Assembly (NCBI GenBank): GCA_051942205.1
Contig: JAVECO010000050.1
Span: forward strand, 1 to 64,000
Direction: 5' to 3'
DNA length: 64,000 bases
Source of the DNA: Coniocarpon cinnabarinum
Lineage: Eukaryota
Shown here: positions 1 to 11,382 of the stretch, piece after piece
Layout: each line of letters opens with the position of its first letter
Position numbering within the stretch: position 1 is the stretch's first letter
Made by a program: the position numbers and the translations under genes
Notes under the pieces: generated by a model
Databases searched by the model: none
The model's input: the letters and a program-made list of their open reading frames with translations, nothing else
Told to the model about the DNA's origin: nothing

Positions 1-1670
1 AGGCTTTTTAGTACCTAACCCTTAACTTTATTAGCCTACTACCTACTAGTAAGTATTAGAGGTAAAAGTTCTAATATATTCTCTAGGTAGTCGATTACCT
101 TACTAAGTAAGTTTAGCTAATCCCTATACCTAATATTACTATATTAACTACTACTAAGGCTTTTATTAAATACGTCTTTTAATTCGCTAGACTACCTAAT
201 TCTCTAGTATCTAACTAAGGTTTAGCATTCTTATTAAAATTTTAGAACGTCTTTTATAAGAAACTAGATATCAAATATAAGCTTTTAATAGCCTACTATC
301 CTAAAATAGATAGATAAACTAAATAGATAAATTAAACGTTAGTAACCTATCTATAGCACTATATTAACTACCTATAAGACAATTAAGTAAAATAGCTTTC
401 TATTATAGAGTTCTACGCTAATAACTATATTAATACGAGTACTAGTATCTTCCCCTTTTTTATAGCTTTTAGATACTACTCCTAGATATAGTTTAAGCCT
501 AAATTAATAGTATACTAACCCTAGCCTACTATAGGCTTTACCTAGAATATAGAGCGTATCTACTAATATTATAATAAGGCTCTATAATTAGTATAAGCCG
601 CTTAGTTAAGCTTAGTAAATAAGCACCGCCTACTAGCCCTCTAGTTAAAAGCTAGTAATTAAGTCTTTTTAGATATTAGGTACTTATAATATTAAAAGCT
701 CTTAGCAAAACTTAACTTAATCTATATAGGTCCCTATAAAATAATTAGAATAAAGATACCCCTAGTTACCTAGCTTAAGCTTCTCTAAGGTATAAAGATT
801 AATAATAGATTCTATATCTCTTTACTACGTCTATGTTTCTTAGACGCCTACCCTAAATAGCTATAGTAGCAGCTACTACCCCTAGAAGTCTAAGAAGAAA
901 GCCTACCCTTATATAAAGTTAAGGATATTCTAGACTTAAAGTATTAATATTATAAGCTCTAATACCTAATTAAATAGGCAGGTTATTAAGAACCTATATA
1001 GAAACCCTAGGAGAATATTAATAATACTAAAGAAGTAAAGGATACTTATTATAAAGCCTACCCCCTACGCCCTAGGCCTAGCAAATCTATTTAGATAATT
1101 AAACGCCCTCTCTAAGTACTATAAAAAGAAATTAGATATTTAACTAGTAATAGTTTTACTACCCTATACTAAGAGGCGGCTTTTTATAGTTAACTATATA
1201 TAAGACTTTAATATTATTAACCCTAATAGAGGATAATAGAGAACTAAGTATATAGTTAACTAGAGTATTAACCTACTAGCTATTAGACCTAATAAGCGAT
1301 AACCCTACTCCCCTAGCAAATTAACCGCCTATATAGGACTTAAACTAAGGGCCCTTAATACTATCGAATACGTGCATCTAACAGGTTAGTTAACTAACTA
1401 TACTACTAGCAGCAGCAAACAAGATACAATAGCTAAATATAAATATATCTAAGCAAGAGCTTGGTATATAGAAGGGGGGAGTAATATAAGAATTTAGATC
1501 TAGATGTAGGGGATTATGTAATACGATAGGGTATATAACCCTAAGGGCTTAGCATACAATTATTTAAGATAGACTCGTTGTAGAGAAGCTTCCTTCTTCT
1601 CTATACAACGTTCTTTGTAGTTAGGCCGTCCTTAGGTAGCAATAAGAGCTTCTAGGTCGCGATCCTTACA
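1..1670 (+). mobile_element. RIP-degenerate Ty3/Gypsy (chromovirus-type) LTR retrotransposon, 3' part (integrase, chromodomain, PPT, 3' LTR); truncated by window start
   Basis: Undoing C>T/G>A changes restores integrase motifs: ~187-250 GLPNSLVSDRGSAF, ~279-425 KLSTAYHPETDGQTERxNQTL..YLRHYVNY.QDNW..WLP.AEF.ANN, and ~710-745 the GPY/F motif. A chromodomain (YEVEDILDS..LQYLIKWAGY.EPTWEPWEN) is restored at ~911-1075. TpA is in extreme excess and there are many stops. Confidence 0.92.
1485..1670 (+). repeat. 3' long terminal repeat (186 bp) preceded by polypurine tract
   Basis: PPT AGAAGGGGGGAG at ~1470-1481. The LTR starts TATAAGAATT (RIP form of TGTAAGGATC) and ends GATCCTTACA, giving TG..CA inverted termini. 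A TATATAA at 1532-1538 is flanked by TAGGG/CCCTA. Confidence 0.85.
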
Positions 1671-1699
1671 GAGATACCGTTTACATATATGCTTAATTT

Positions 1700-2932
1700 C
1701 TTTATAAGATACTAGATACTTAAAGACTTAACTATATTAATAATTATTATTTTTCTATACTTATCTTTATCTAACTAGCGCCCTTAGAATAGCTATAATA
1801 ACTAAAGAACGCTATAGTATACTATTCTCTATACGTCTATAGTAACTAAAGTAAAAAATTACTAAAATCTAGCTACTAAGAGGCTTTTTTATAAAAATAA
1901 TAAAAAAGTAATTTAAGGTTACTAAAATTATACTTAATAAGGTTTAGATCTAGTAAATATAGTAGCAAAAACTTTAAGTATACACTAGTAGTAGTATAAG
2001 TGTTAAAAATAGTAAAAATCTTATAAAATTTAGTATTATCTATAACTAGTACTAAGTATAGTAGACGCTACTACTAATAATAATACTAACCTTTAATATA
2101 GAAGTTATAGTATAGTAGTATAGCTTCTTTTAATTATATAATAAATTAATTACTATTAATAGACCCTTAATATATTAATAGTTATCTAATATATCTAAAA
2201 AGACTAAAAGTAGAAAATATACTTTATTATATACTTTTTTAAAAGCTACTTATTATTAATAGTATAGTACTAATAGGTACTTAACTATACTTATACTTTT
2301 TTATATATTTATATACTCTTAATTTATTTATAAATATAAGCTTATATAGTTTAAATTAATAGTAGCGCTTATACTATAATTACTACTTTTTTATAAAGCG
2401 CTCTAGTATAATATACCTTATATACTTATAACTCTAATTATCTACTCTTAGTACTTTATATATAGTAAAAAGTACTACTACTAATTTAAACTTATTATAT
2501 AAGTACTATACTATCTTATTTAAGTATATTATTAGTTACTTAACTAACTAGCTTTCTAAGTAAATTAGCGTATTATTAGATATCTTAAAAAATAGACTCT
2601 ATTTTAAATAATACTATTCTAGAATACTAATAGTACTATAGAGCTTTAAATTCTTAGTAATATAGTCTACTATTAATAGCAATATACTAGATACTAAAGC
2701 TACTATATATCTTCTAATACTAATAAGTAGTAGCACTCTAATTTAAGCATATTTCTTATTACTATATTAAAAGTATAGAGATATATTAAAGTTATATAAA
2801 AGTAGTTAAAATTTTAATAAAAAAAAGCGCTCTAACTACTTATTTAGACAGTAATAATAATAGTAAAATTAAAACAGCTACTATAGATATACTATAAACG
2901 CTTTTAATTATATTTCTTAGTAATCTCTACTA
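1700..2932 (-). mobile_element. RIP-degenerate Tc1/IS630-type (DD34E) DNA transposon
   Basis: Minus-strand de-RIP reading gives LIFVDESG (~2340-2316), VMDNAKFHK (2046-2020) and LPPYSPDLNPIE (1968-1933). The second D and the E are 105 nt apart, i.e. D34E. The right end reads TA|TAGTAG (RIP form of TA|CAGTGG) at 2934-2927. The left end is not resolved. Confidence 0.85.
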
Positions 2933-3187
2933 TATGCTGGTTTGACGTGTTGTGTGTGTGTGCAGCAGTGCACGGACCAACCATTGTCAGTCTTTATAAA
3001 AAGCGCTATACCATATTTCTCCGATAGGCAAAGAGCGTCTTCAGCTGATCACGCGCGTTGCAAATCAGCTCGTCCCATCAACGCGCTTGAGATTCCTCTG
3101 TAGTAGAAGCGCCGGGGAGCACATCATAGTCCCCATAGGCACAAATCACCATTTGATATCAGAGACAACACAGGTCTCTCGACGACC

Positions 3188-4006
3188 ATGGCAATGTCCC
3201 AACCCACCCTCGCCGACCTCGTCACCCCCACCACCATCACCTCTCTCCTTGGTACATCTCTCCAAACCTGACCCAATTCGCAAACGCGCTGATGTACTTC
3301 CGCAGCCATGATCGCTATCACAGCCCTTTCTCTGACCCTCCCCCGCCACCTCCTTCCCCAATCCCACCAGAAAAGCCAAACACGCACCCTCTTCGCCTGG
3401 TCCCTCTTCAGCTTGATCACGCATCTCAGCATCGAACTCCCCTACCTCTACGCGACCTTCACCTCCTCCTCGCCAATCACCTCCCTCCTCTCCAACAATC
3501 CCTTCCAGCCCAACATCCCCATGACCGCGCCCGGCGTCTATTTCCTGAACGACCCCTCCCGTCTCTACGGCGCCTTCTACGGCACCAACTGGCCCTCCAA
3601 GTTATGGCAGGAGTACGCGCGCGCGGACAGGAGATGGGGCGGTGCCGATCTAACGGTCATCTCCCTCGAATTACTCACATGTCTGGTGATGGCACCGCTG
3701 GGAATAGCAGTCTGCGTGAACCTGACAAGGGGCCAAGAAAAACAAGCCTGGTTCTGGGCGATTGTGGTGGCCACGGGGGAGCTTTACGGGGGATTCATGA
3801 CGTTTGCGCCAGAATGGCTGAGCGGATCCCCCAATTTGGACACGAGCAATTGGATTTTCTGCTGGCTTTATTTGGCGGGGTTGAATGGGTTGTGGGTCGT
3901 GGTGCCAGCTTGGGTGTTGTGGGTTGGTTTTGGGGTCGTGACGGGGGAGGGAGCGACGACTACAATGGGAAAGGTGGAGGAGGCGAAGGGCAAGAAGAGG
4001 GAATGA
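3188..4006 (+). CDS. Emopamil-binding protein (EBP/EXPERA) family membrane protein, sterol isomerase-like
   Basis: Motifs LWQEYARADRRW, VISLELLT and ATGELYGGFMTF, with several TM segments. ATG at 3188; intron 3252-3305 (GT..CAG) joins in frame to ORF 3308-4006. Confidence 0.85.
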
Positions 4007-6145
4007 ATGGTTTTCTAGGGACTTGAGGGGCTTGGGAGGGCTTAGAGAGTGATTCTGATCATTTTCGAAAGTCAAGGGAATTCCTCGTGAAGGCTTGGGC
4101 TTGGAGTAGCTCAGGCGAGAATGTGTCGGGAATTGCCAAAAGCTCTGGTATGCTCACGAATGGAGACCGGGCGTCGTTGCTTCTCAGTTTTAGTGAAAGT
4201 CCCGCCGTGAGGGACGGCATTGCCATTTTTCGGTCATGGATACAGAATACCCCATCAACAAAGTTTATATTTACACAAATCCACGCAGCCGCAAGATTCT
4301 CGCAACCAGATCTGTAGCAAATATCAGAGGAGTCCAGTAGTGTTCCCCAAATTTCCACCTGCACCAAACATCCTCACTCGATACACTCACCGCAACTCAC
4401 ACTCCCGTAATTAAAAGTGACGCAACCTCAGCTCAATACTTCACCGAATTCACCACTGCAATCACGACTGCGATCCAAACCCCACGCAGCCACGCCTAAC
4501 ACATCAAAACGCCACATCGAGAACACCACAACGCCTCCCCGTCATCATCACGCTCTCGACGCATCCATCAACAAAGGCAGCTCAGCATGCAACACAAGCA
4601 CGACGTCACGCAGTGACAGCTCAAAAGATCTACGACATCAAACGACAACGGCGTTCCCGACCCCAGCTAGTGCCTTCATAGCCCCGTCCTGAACTAGTGC
4701 TCGTCACACCCCCGTTATAAGCTACATACATCGTGCTCTTCCTATCCCCGTACGCCACAATAACCGCGGCGGTCACCTCTTCCGCCAGCGGCAAATCACC
4801 TACGGTAAGGGCGACGACAAGGGACCCCCAGCAACAGAAGGAAAGGACGCAAGCCACAAAGACTACCAGGGATGCTTCGCGGCCGCCGCCAGAACAAGCT
4901 AGAAAGCAGCTATGCAAGGAGTGAAGGGCAGCTATTTAGGACATGCCTCAAACAGGCAAGTGGTCCAGAAGCAGCACCAGGGCAAGAAACGGACCAGCGG
5001 GAACCCCGGTTCAACGGAATCTTCCAGAGCCAGAGGTACATACGTGCGCAGGTAGTATACGCAAGGAGTATACGTAGGTGCTACTGATTGCCGCCGGAAG
5101 CGGGCACAAGACTTGGCGCGTTACGACGGATGAGCCAGGTACCTGGTGTGGAGCTGTAGGTGACATACCTCAGTAACTTACCTCGAGATACGACAGGAAA
5201 AGGAAAAAGTAAACGGATCGGTCGGCGAGGTAGCGAAGAGACCTGCGAAGCCATGCGGGACTTATGTTAGATTGAGTTTTGCGCTGCTGCATGACTGCGT
5301 GTGAGATCAGAGTCGCATTTTTGGAGGTCAATAGCGTCGTCGCATTCTGCCTGCACCACGGCGGCGGCGGCGGCAGCTTGTTTGGCGCGCGAGGTTGACG
5401 AGGGACGAGAAAGAGGAAGGAATACGCGAAGGCAACAGCGAGTGCGAGCTGATGACAGTCGTGGCATGGGTGGCCAGAGAGAAGGTCGAACGAAGTGGAG
5501 TGGAAGAAGCGCGGGTGCCGTATATAGCTCGAGTTGAGGGGGCAAAAAGAGGCCAAAGAGTTGGCGAATTGCTGTTTGGCATTGTCTCGGAAATCTATCT
5601 TACACGGACATCCGCTCGATTTGGAACATTGCCGTGGAAATACAGCCGGATCCCGGTGCTATAGTACAGTGTCATATTCACATGGATATCGTTAACAGGC
5701 GTGCGACAGGCCGGTGTCGCTGGTAACTGCCGTGGAGACGAGCATAGCTGGTCGTGGTGGGAATGAAAATGGCGTCATCACACAATGTGCGGCTGTGGCC
5801 GACAGGGACATGAAGCCTGGAAGCCACGGACGACGGAGGAATTTTTTGTTGAGTGAGGTGACCGATCCAAAGAGTTATTGGGGAATTAGCAGGGCGGGAG
5901 TGGTGGAGTGGTTCTGAGAAGGTCCTAGGCTTGCCGTCGAGACCCAAAGGCGCATCGGAGGGTGACCGAGGAATTCTGTAGAAAAAAGCACGGGCAGTTG
6001 TGAAATTGAACATCGGTATTCCAGAAGACGGCCGTCGAACAAAGTGTGACGCATGTGCCAGTGGCCTCCGTCCGGCAGTGCACGCATATAAAAAAGAAAA
6101 AAACTTGGGGATGCCCTTGAGCCTGGTGTTTCAGGATCCCTGGGA

Positions 6146-7484
6146 TCAGCTGAACTGCCCGGCAGCGCTAGTGGTCGCAGTCCCCTCAGACCAGCCGGGG
6201 AGAGGACCCTCGAGTTCATTTGCGAGATCGACGCAGACTTCGAACACTGTCGTGCAATCAAGTTAGCTTGCCGCTCTCCGCTTTTCACATGAATGTTGCG
6301 CGTCAAAACCCACCCTCGGTGATCCGCCATTCGTTGAAGCCTTGTTCGTAATCAACTAAGCCCAAATCCTTGATTTTGTCCACCAATGAGCGCATCTCGA
6401 ATCCAATAACGGAGAGGTTCGTTCGAGCAATTCTGGCCTGAGGGTGCTGAGGTGGATAGCCGTTGCGTTCATGCTGAGAGAGGTCCATTTGCTTGGTCAA
6501 CAAACCAAGCCAGGCGATGTTCAGCAGGTGCCAAATTTCACGTCTTTTGGAACGCCAGTTGGGACCAGGCTCTTGTCCATCGACTTTGTCATTGTAGAGA
6601 CCTAGAATGTAGTTTCAGAATCAATGTTTCTCGAAAATACCAATCAGATTGGACTAAAACATACGCAAATCACGAGCGTTGCTCATCAGCAATCGTGAAG
6701 CAATCATCAACTCTTCTGCTGCAGCAGGCAGCAAAGACACTTGGACGTTCTCGAGCGCGCTTTCGAGGTGTTCCTCGAAATCGTGAAGCGTCTCTCGAGC
6801 TTTTTGTGGATTGACCTGAGGCTGTGGTGGGGGAGCCATAGATGCTCGGCCCGCCATAGGAAGATTAGATCTCAAAACAGGTGCCTCGACGTAAGGCGCG
6901 TAGCCATCCGGAGAGACGTGGCTCTGCTTGGCAAATGAATCCAAGTACTCATATTGCGGGCCGTTAGGACCAGAAGTCATAATATCCCAGCTGGAAGGAT
7001 TGGCGGATGGTGGCACACGAGAATGATGATGATTTACCGCGGTCGTTGGCTGGCGTGGGAGACATTCCGGAAAGGATGACAAAGAGCTTTCGCCGTTTCC
7101 AAGATCTTGCCAATCAATGTCCTGAGCATCGTACGCACCGTATCGTTCGCCGCCAAAGACGCTGCTCGTCAGGCCAAATTGGGAGCTATGTGCGTCGGAG
7201 GCGGTGGGCATCTCTGCACGATATGAGCTCCATTCTTCCTGCGGCTGAGACCAATAACTGTTGGCCAAAAGGGTCGGATACGCCGGTCCGGACGTCTCGC
7301 CGGCGCTGTCTGCAGCCACAACGTGTTCTGACACCCATCCGTAGGGGAGAAGCGTGCCCACCGAGGTGATGCTCTGGCTTTGCTCGCGGGTCAAGCGGCG
7401 ACGTTTGGCGGGCGGAGGGTCGTGCTCCATCCCGTGAAGAGTCCTGTCCTGCCAAGGGGCGGGTGCTTTCTGGAAGGCGAGCAT
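6146..7484 (-). CDS. Hypothetical protein: low-complexity N-terminus with NLS-like PPAKRRR and a helical C-terminal domain
   Basis: ORF 6654-7508 splices via intron 6664-6602 (GTATGT..CTAG) into IWHLLNIAWLGLLTKQ...LGLVDYEQGFNEWRITE, then via a second intron (~6314-6248) to VFEVCVDL and a stop at 6146. Start codon uncertain. Confidence 0.7.
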
Positions 7485-10080
7485 GGCAGATGAGAAAGAA
7501 AAGGACAAATGGAAGCCACCGTAGCTGTCTTTTCGTGAGGTTTTATGAGCTGGACAGAAATAAAGTGAGCTAGGGATTGTTTAAGCAGTTGGGATGAAAG
7601 CTGGAAGGCTCAAATCACACGCAAGAGGTAGCGACCCGGCGACCGGGTTGGAGGACGTTGTCAGCAGACAGAAGGAAATACAGTGAGGGCAGGTGCAGGC
7701 GGCGGCGGCGGAGCATGCAGGGCAGGGCGTTGTATAGAGGTGGGACGGTCATGATGTTATTATTTCTTATGGCTTGGTGACATGGGCGATCAGAGCTGTG
7801 GCTCAACGGAAAGCACCGGCGAGCGTGGGTGGGAGAAACAATGGTCGAAACAGAGGACGGGCATCTGGAGACCAGGAAGCGTAGTGTCAAGAATGCTCCG
7901 CCAGATTGTGCCTAGCGCTAATCACCTCGGTCTGCGCACGGGCCAGCCGGTGGAGAGGGCGGGCGCTGGAGGAGAGATTGGTGGCAGCGGCGTGGGAGGA
8001 GCCGCATTAAGGTTAGCGACGGGGAAGCCAGAGCCGCCTGCCATTGGCGGGTACGCGCGCCCCCGGCAGCGTTGCAGGCTCAGGTTGCCTGCTGAGACAT
8101 GCTCGAGGAGCAGCCTGAGTCGAGGTGTCGCTGGGAGAGCCCGCGGGAAGCATGGTGGTGGCGGTCGTGGTCGTGGTGGAGGTGGAGGAAGTGAGGAGAC
8201 TGGAGGGCGTGCAATTGATGCCAAGGCGACGATACGCCCTTGGACAGCGAGCAGCGTATGCAGGAACGCCGGCGCCTTGCAGCAACAGCAGAGCAGATCT
8301 GCGTGCGAGCTGGACAGATGCTCGCTCGGCGCCGTCTTCCGATCTGCTCGACGATTCGTGTGGGCGAGGCTGCGAATGCGTTGGGCGGGCGATCATCCGT
8401 AGTTTCGGGGGAGGATCGTGGGGGGCGTGTGTGGTCGACGGCGAGCTTACTGAATCAGCTCGCGGGGCCATTGGCGCAGAGGGACGCGGTGACCCTGGGG
8501 CAATGGGCCACTGGGTCAACGGACGCCATCTCGAGAGAAAGCGAGGGAGGGAGAGAGAGCTGGCAGATCACGAGACACGAACGTCAAACGCCTCCACGCC
8601 GATCATCACAGCGCCCCTCCGCAGCTCTGCAGGCCCTGTCGACGCACGCCGCAATGGAAGTGATGTGATGGCCGAAGCTGCGGTGCAGAGGAGCGGGTTA
8701 CGGTGGTGGTGATTCGGATGGGTGGCGGCTGCCCAAACGCCCGTGGACGAAGGTGACGACGATGTCCCACTCTCACTCACCTCAGCATCGCCAGCACGAC
8801 CAGCACGACCAGCCGGGCATGCCCTGGCGATTAGCCTTCGAAGCGTCCGAGACACGCACCACCAAGTGGGCTGCTGACAACCTCCCTAGTCGTGCTAGTC
8901 ACTTAGCCGCTCAGCTAACTTAGCTTCCTTGCGAGCGGGGGCCAAAAGAAACCGGCCTTGATGCCTGAGATCCGAAGCAAAGCCAGGCAATGGCATTCTA
9001 GAACCAACTCGCCTGTCTCACTGGGGAGATTGCAATCTGCGCTGTGGTCCGGTTCGCACTGCCCTTCTCCGGCCACCAGCCAGCCATGACCTGTGTGCTT
9101 TGTCGCGGAAGCGGGCCACGACGGAGTGACGCCGTGCCCGGAAATGGGTGCTGGGAGCTCAGCGGTCGAGTCCATGACACAGACGGACACACACACGCAC
9201 ACGATATGTGTGGGCATCGGGACAAGTCTTGAGCGAAGTGTGGAGTGCAGCGTGGCTTGAGTGATATGATCAGCAACCGTTGCACACGAGATCGAGTGCG
9301 CTATTGCGCATACTCGGCACGCCAGGAACACAACGCCAAAGCGTTTGCGCACCGCCAGGTGTCAGGAGTTGTGTCAGGCTTCGACGTTTGCTGGAGACAG
9401 CTTTAGACTTTCGCCGCTGCTTGCAGATGCCCCTAGATGCTCGGCGCCCACTGCGATCTCGGCTACAGTGTGCTGGCGCAGAGGATTTCGTCGGCTATGC
9501 ATGTGGATGATTCGTGTGTCAGGTATGAGCACGGGTGAGGAGAAGAGGTGCAGATCTGGCAGAGAGTCGAGAAGCGCACAAATAAGAGGGCATCTCAGTT
9601 CGCACCCTCGCGAACTCTATCTGACGCCACCATGCCCCCACGCACTATGCCCCTTCGGAGCTTTTGTGCCTGATCGTCCCTTGATGGCTTGGTGGCATTG
9701 ATGCAGTGCTTGCTGGCCGTGCAGAGGCGCTGCCCGTAGAAGCGTCCCTTCATCACGCAGCGAAGATGCAGCCATGGTGGTACGATGACCTCGGCGCAAG
9801 CCACAGATGGTCGCACGCAATCCGAAATTGGGGTGACCCATTCGGAGGCTCAAATCATCTTGAAACACACCACACCAACGGCCAAAAACTTTGTGTGTTC
9901 GGGCGCAACAGTCTGCAGCATCAGTGCGAGAACGAGAAAGGTCGTCTCCCCAGGCACTTCCGGAACGTCGAACTAAATTGTCTGGGTCGTCTCTTACACA
10001 TCAATCTTGATGAACCACTTGGTAAGCTTTGAGAGCGCGGAAATGAAGACCGTTACTTCAACATGTACCCCATTTGCGAC

Positions 10081-11144
10081 TCATCGCTTCACCCAGGTTG
10101 GCATCTTGCGGGCCTTCACATGTCCGGGTTTCTTCCTCTCCACGGACCTTGGATCTCGCGTGACGCAACCGGCTGCTAGAGTTAGGCTGTGCTCGATGTG
10201 TCCTGAAACTTGGAAAATGGGCCAGACTCACCTTTCCGCAATGCACTTTTCAACAGAGGCTCATGAGCAATCAGCGCCTTTGCAATGCCCAATGTCAATG
10301 CCTCTGCCTGGCCCGTCGTGCCCCCACCGTGCACAATGGCCCACACGTTGTATTTGTCGACACGGTCTGTCGCCTTGAGAGCCCAGACAGCACTTTCCCT
10401 ATCATGAACCCTAGCAAACGTGTCGACTAATGTTTTGCCGTTGACTCGAACATCCCCTTCGCCCTCAACAAGAAAGACTTGTGCTGACGATGCCTTTCGA
10501 CGGCCTACGGCGCGTGCCCTGCCCCACTCGTCTATCAGGATTGGCTTCGCCTGATTTAGCGACGGATCAATATCTCGCTTGTACTTGTCAATTGTGTCGA
10601 CCACCTCCTGCGGTCTCATCTCAGGAATGATGAGATTTAGCCTACGAAGCATCTGTATCATGGCTCCATATCGTCTCTCTTTAACGTTCTCATTGCCCGT
10701 CTGCGCCTTGTACTCTGGGAATGACATCCAGGCCGCCCGGGGTGCCTCGCTCTGTTTGAGAGTAGGTAGTCGCTGCCAACGATGAAGGACAATTTGTAAA
10801 GATATGAAGTCGTCTGTTGAGAGTGGTCGTCGGGTGAAGTAGGATGATGACGAGGGCACTATGCGAAGCTTGCGGAACTTCTCCATCGAGATTTGAGCGC
10901 CATGCGCATGACCATCTGACTCGCTATCTGGCGACCAGCGATCGAAGTCAATTGGTGGCGCGGCTTGCACAGGCTCGATCTGCTGCACATCGGCATGTCT
11001 GGCAGAAGCTGTGTAGAGTAGGGCGCGGCCAGTGTTGATTTTGGACAGCTGGTGTCTCTCGCCGCGAAAAGCAGATGATTGTGAGCGCAGTAATATTCTT
11101 CGCAAAGATTGCAGCAATACACTGCCAGCTTCTGTATGCCCCAT
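10081..11144 (-). CDS. MRPS9: Mitochondrial small-subunit ribosomal protein uS9m
   Basis: S9 motifs GRRKASSA and [11 protein letters not shown]. After a GTGAGT..CAG intron the canonical C-terminus [30 protein letters not shown] follows. Confidence 0.95.
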
Positions 11145-11234
11145 AGAGTCGAAGTGTGGATACGCGAAATTCAAAGATATACTCAGGAGCTAGTAGACTG
11201 ACTTAGAGATGAAGAGGATCAAGGGCAAGCCTCA

Positions 11235-11251
11235 TTAGGGTTTGACCCTGG
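11235..11251. promoter_or_regulatory. Telobox/Tbf1-like element in divergent MRPS9 / eEF1B-gamma promoter
   Basis: TTAGGGTTTGACCCTGG: a TTAGGG (AAACCCTAA on the minus strand) plus an imperfect inverted CCCTGG half-site, in the ~240-bp gap between two translation-machinery genes. Confidence 0.45.
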
Positions 11252-11382
11252 ACTTCTGCCTCCACAAACGACCAGGTAAGGCTTGTGCGGGCACCACGTT
11301 CAAAAACTTGTTTCTCACGTCCCCGCAAGACTCACGCCTTCTGTACCCAACCGGACCGACCACCTGTACAGACTCCGACATT

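Noticed and set aside
1218..1544. TAACCCTAA telomere-like words at 1218 and 1536
   Set aside because: They are single copies inside RIP-mutated retroelement sequence, not a tandem array.
4428..4551. Box C/D snoRNA on the minus strand (GTGATGA...CTGA)
   Set aside because: No terminal stem or recognisable rRNA guide.
4194..5264. RNase MRP/P-like P4 pairing (GAAAGTCCCGC with GCGGGACTT)
   Set aside because: A 9-nt match over 1 kb is expected by chance, the bulged-U geometry is absent, and no other conserved regions were seen.
5176..5325. U1 snRNA (ACTTACCT ... ATTTTTGG Sm-like site)
   Set aside because: It lacks the U1-70K loop GATCAxGAAG and the U1A loop ATTGCAC; better explained as a minus-strand splice donor.
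4380..5530. Telomerase RNA
   Set aside because: No TAACCCTAA-type template and no A-rich pseudoknot partner for the U-rich tract.
7782..8855. Stack of overlapping 100-200-aa ORFs on both strands
   Set aside because: GC-rich, low-complexity translations with no recognisable domain or splice support.
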